NCBI GenBank assembly: GCA_051362555.1
Contig: CM120648.1
Location: 15,248,587 to 15,312,586 of the forward strand
Length of the DNA: 64,000 bases
Source of the DNA: Lingula anatina
Taxonomy: Eukaryota > Animalia > Brachiopoda
Direction: 5' to 3'
In this document: piece after piece, positions 62,263 to 64,000 of the stretch
Layout of the letters: each line of letters begins with the position of its first letter
How positions within the stretch are numbered: position 1 is the first letter of the stretch
Made by a program: the position numbers and the translations under genes
The notes under the pieces: generated by a model
Database searches by the model: none
Seen by the model: the letters and a program-made list of their open reading frames with translations, nothing else
What the model was told of the DNA's origin: nothing

Positions 62263-64000
62263 GTTGTGAGAACAGAGCCTAAATCTCTGGGAAAGCACCC
62301 TTGAACACTTACTGCTCCTCCGGTTTACAACAAATCCCACCAAATGAGTGGTAATAAATTCGTTTACATATGTAATAGCACAAACGTTCTGAAAATATGT
62401 TTTCAGGCTGTGTACCGCGCTTTTCCTGTTCTCGCGACAAACTACTGCCAATTGCATTAACTTGAATTCAGACTGCGCGTTTTCAGTTGTTTAATTGTTA
62501 GGCAGTACCACATTTAACGACCACAAACACTCCGCCATTAAGCAATAAGGAACGCGAGTTCAACACCTCGACTCCATTACCCCAAGCACCTTAGACGCTT
62601 GCGGCATGTGCTAATATACCAACTTCATTTTCCCAAACCTTCTTTTTCATTAATCTACCCTAACGCTAAGCATTTCAACACCTGGCGGGAGGGAAGCTCG
62701 GGAAGCCCAAGTGTTGAAACGTTCGCCCTCAGCAGCCGCCAATCTCAGCTCTTGCTGATTAGTTTACGATATAGAGAAAGATTTCATGTCGGCTTGCTGA
62801 GACACAGAGAGAGAGAGCGGTTTCGTTCTGGGTCGTAAACTACCGTCTTACTGCGAGATACACTGATTAAATTCATTTACGTACGTTTATCTAATTAAGA
62901 TTCACGCAATTAATAAATAGCTTTCGAGCTAAAAATGATGGTATTAAGAATCTTAAACGCGTTGCGATTAGCAGTGCGAGCCTGATAGCGGTAAAAACCA
63001 GTAGCTTTACGCCTCGTGGTTCACGAGGAAGTTAACTTACTTGACGCCCCACCGAGAGGAACGCGTGAAGGCACTTAATTCTATTAACATTGAAAACAAA
63101 CTATGTAAGTGATCCCCCTGATTGACAGAGTGGAGAAATGTTGCGATACCTGACCAAATGAGACGCTATAAATAACCACGACTCAGACGTTATAATTCTC
63201 CTGACTTTTTTCAGGCACTCCACAGCAACCTGTCAGCTGGCAGTGTTTGCACAGCGTCCGGTGTCAGCAATATTGTTGTTTGATTTTACAGGTGCAGTGA
63301 CAGTGATCTTTAAGTTGTCCCTGTGAGTTTAAAAAGCGCTCATAACAAATAATGTGTTTGGGATAGTTCATGATATACATTTTTAACACTACACCTTTAA
63401 TATTGTAATCCACACATGTTTATTATAATCCACAGAGACAAGTGAAGTGAAGCCTAGTTCATTAGTCAAGGCATTAGTTTGTTGAATAATACAAACCTAC
63501 CAAATTTATTTGTTGGGTCTAATGAACGGTTCAAAAACCATATCAAATTTTTGATTGCTTATTTGCATGAAAATGTTAATTTACCTCTCTCTTATTTCAG
63601 TAACATTGGGACATAGCATCTGTTGTGCTAAATATTTCAGGTTTAAATTCCCCACTGTTTTCATTTGCAGTTGTTATACTGATTATAATGTTTGTCTGTC
63701 TTTCCATTTATTTTCCTTGAAGGAGTTTGCCAACAATGTCTTATTTACTAAATTAGGTAAAATGATGTCAACACGTCGAAAAAATATAAAACTCCAAAGC
63801 AAGTTAAATTTCCTGAGAACATATTCGACCCCTCCACCCTTGAAAAAAGAAATAACCTAAAATGAATATTGTTCCAGTAAGGGATAACATGGTAGAACTT
63901 TGGTTAGTTTTCAGTTTCCTCCCATGAGTCACACAGGTCACGTTTAACGATAAAACAAAAGCAAGCTTTAAAGCATTTTTAAGGATGTTACATGTATACC

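Noticed and set aside
59123-64000. Further Wnt4 exons
   Set aside because: No CQxQF..RWNC or signal-peptide exon found; the intron runs past the window end

Overview
AT-rich, repeat-dense animal genomic DNA with spliceosomal introns; the repeat types suggest a lophotrochozoan, probably a mollusc (inference). Two host genes lie on the minus strand: the last two coding exons of Wnt4 (59122-58848, 55282-54815) and a gene with three coding exons for a ~515-aa C2H2 zinc-finger protein (51562-44871). Three LTR elements have clear ends. (1) A 12.5-kb Ty3/Gypsy element (2773-15265) has a ComEA-like helix-hairpin-helix at the Gag N-terminus, a -1 frameshift site with a predicted pseudoknot, and two accessory ORFs after pol, each behind a splice acceptor; a DNA transposon splits its 5' LTR. 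(2) A 3.1-kb LTR element (24353-27466) has no gag or pol and carries only a Zn-finger/helical-domain + TatD nuclease gene. (3) An intact 4.6-kb Gypsy with identical LTRs (46580-51219) sits in an intron of the zinc-finger gene. The most notable observation is the TatD cargo: its pre-nuclease domain resembles the accessory ORF of element 1, suggesting a Gypsy lineage with a nuclease accessory gene and a non-autonomous satellite. The rest is DNA transposons and MITEs (Tc1, hAT-like, Sola3-like, Harbinger-like, one carrying a RecQ-like fragment) and old remnants. Everything was read by eye; no searches were run.
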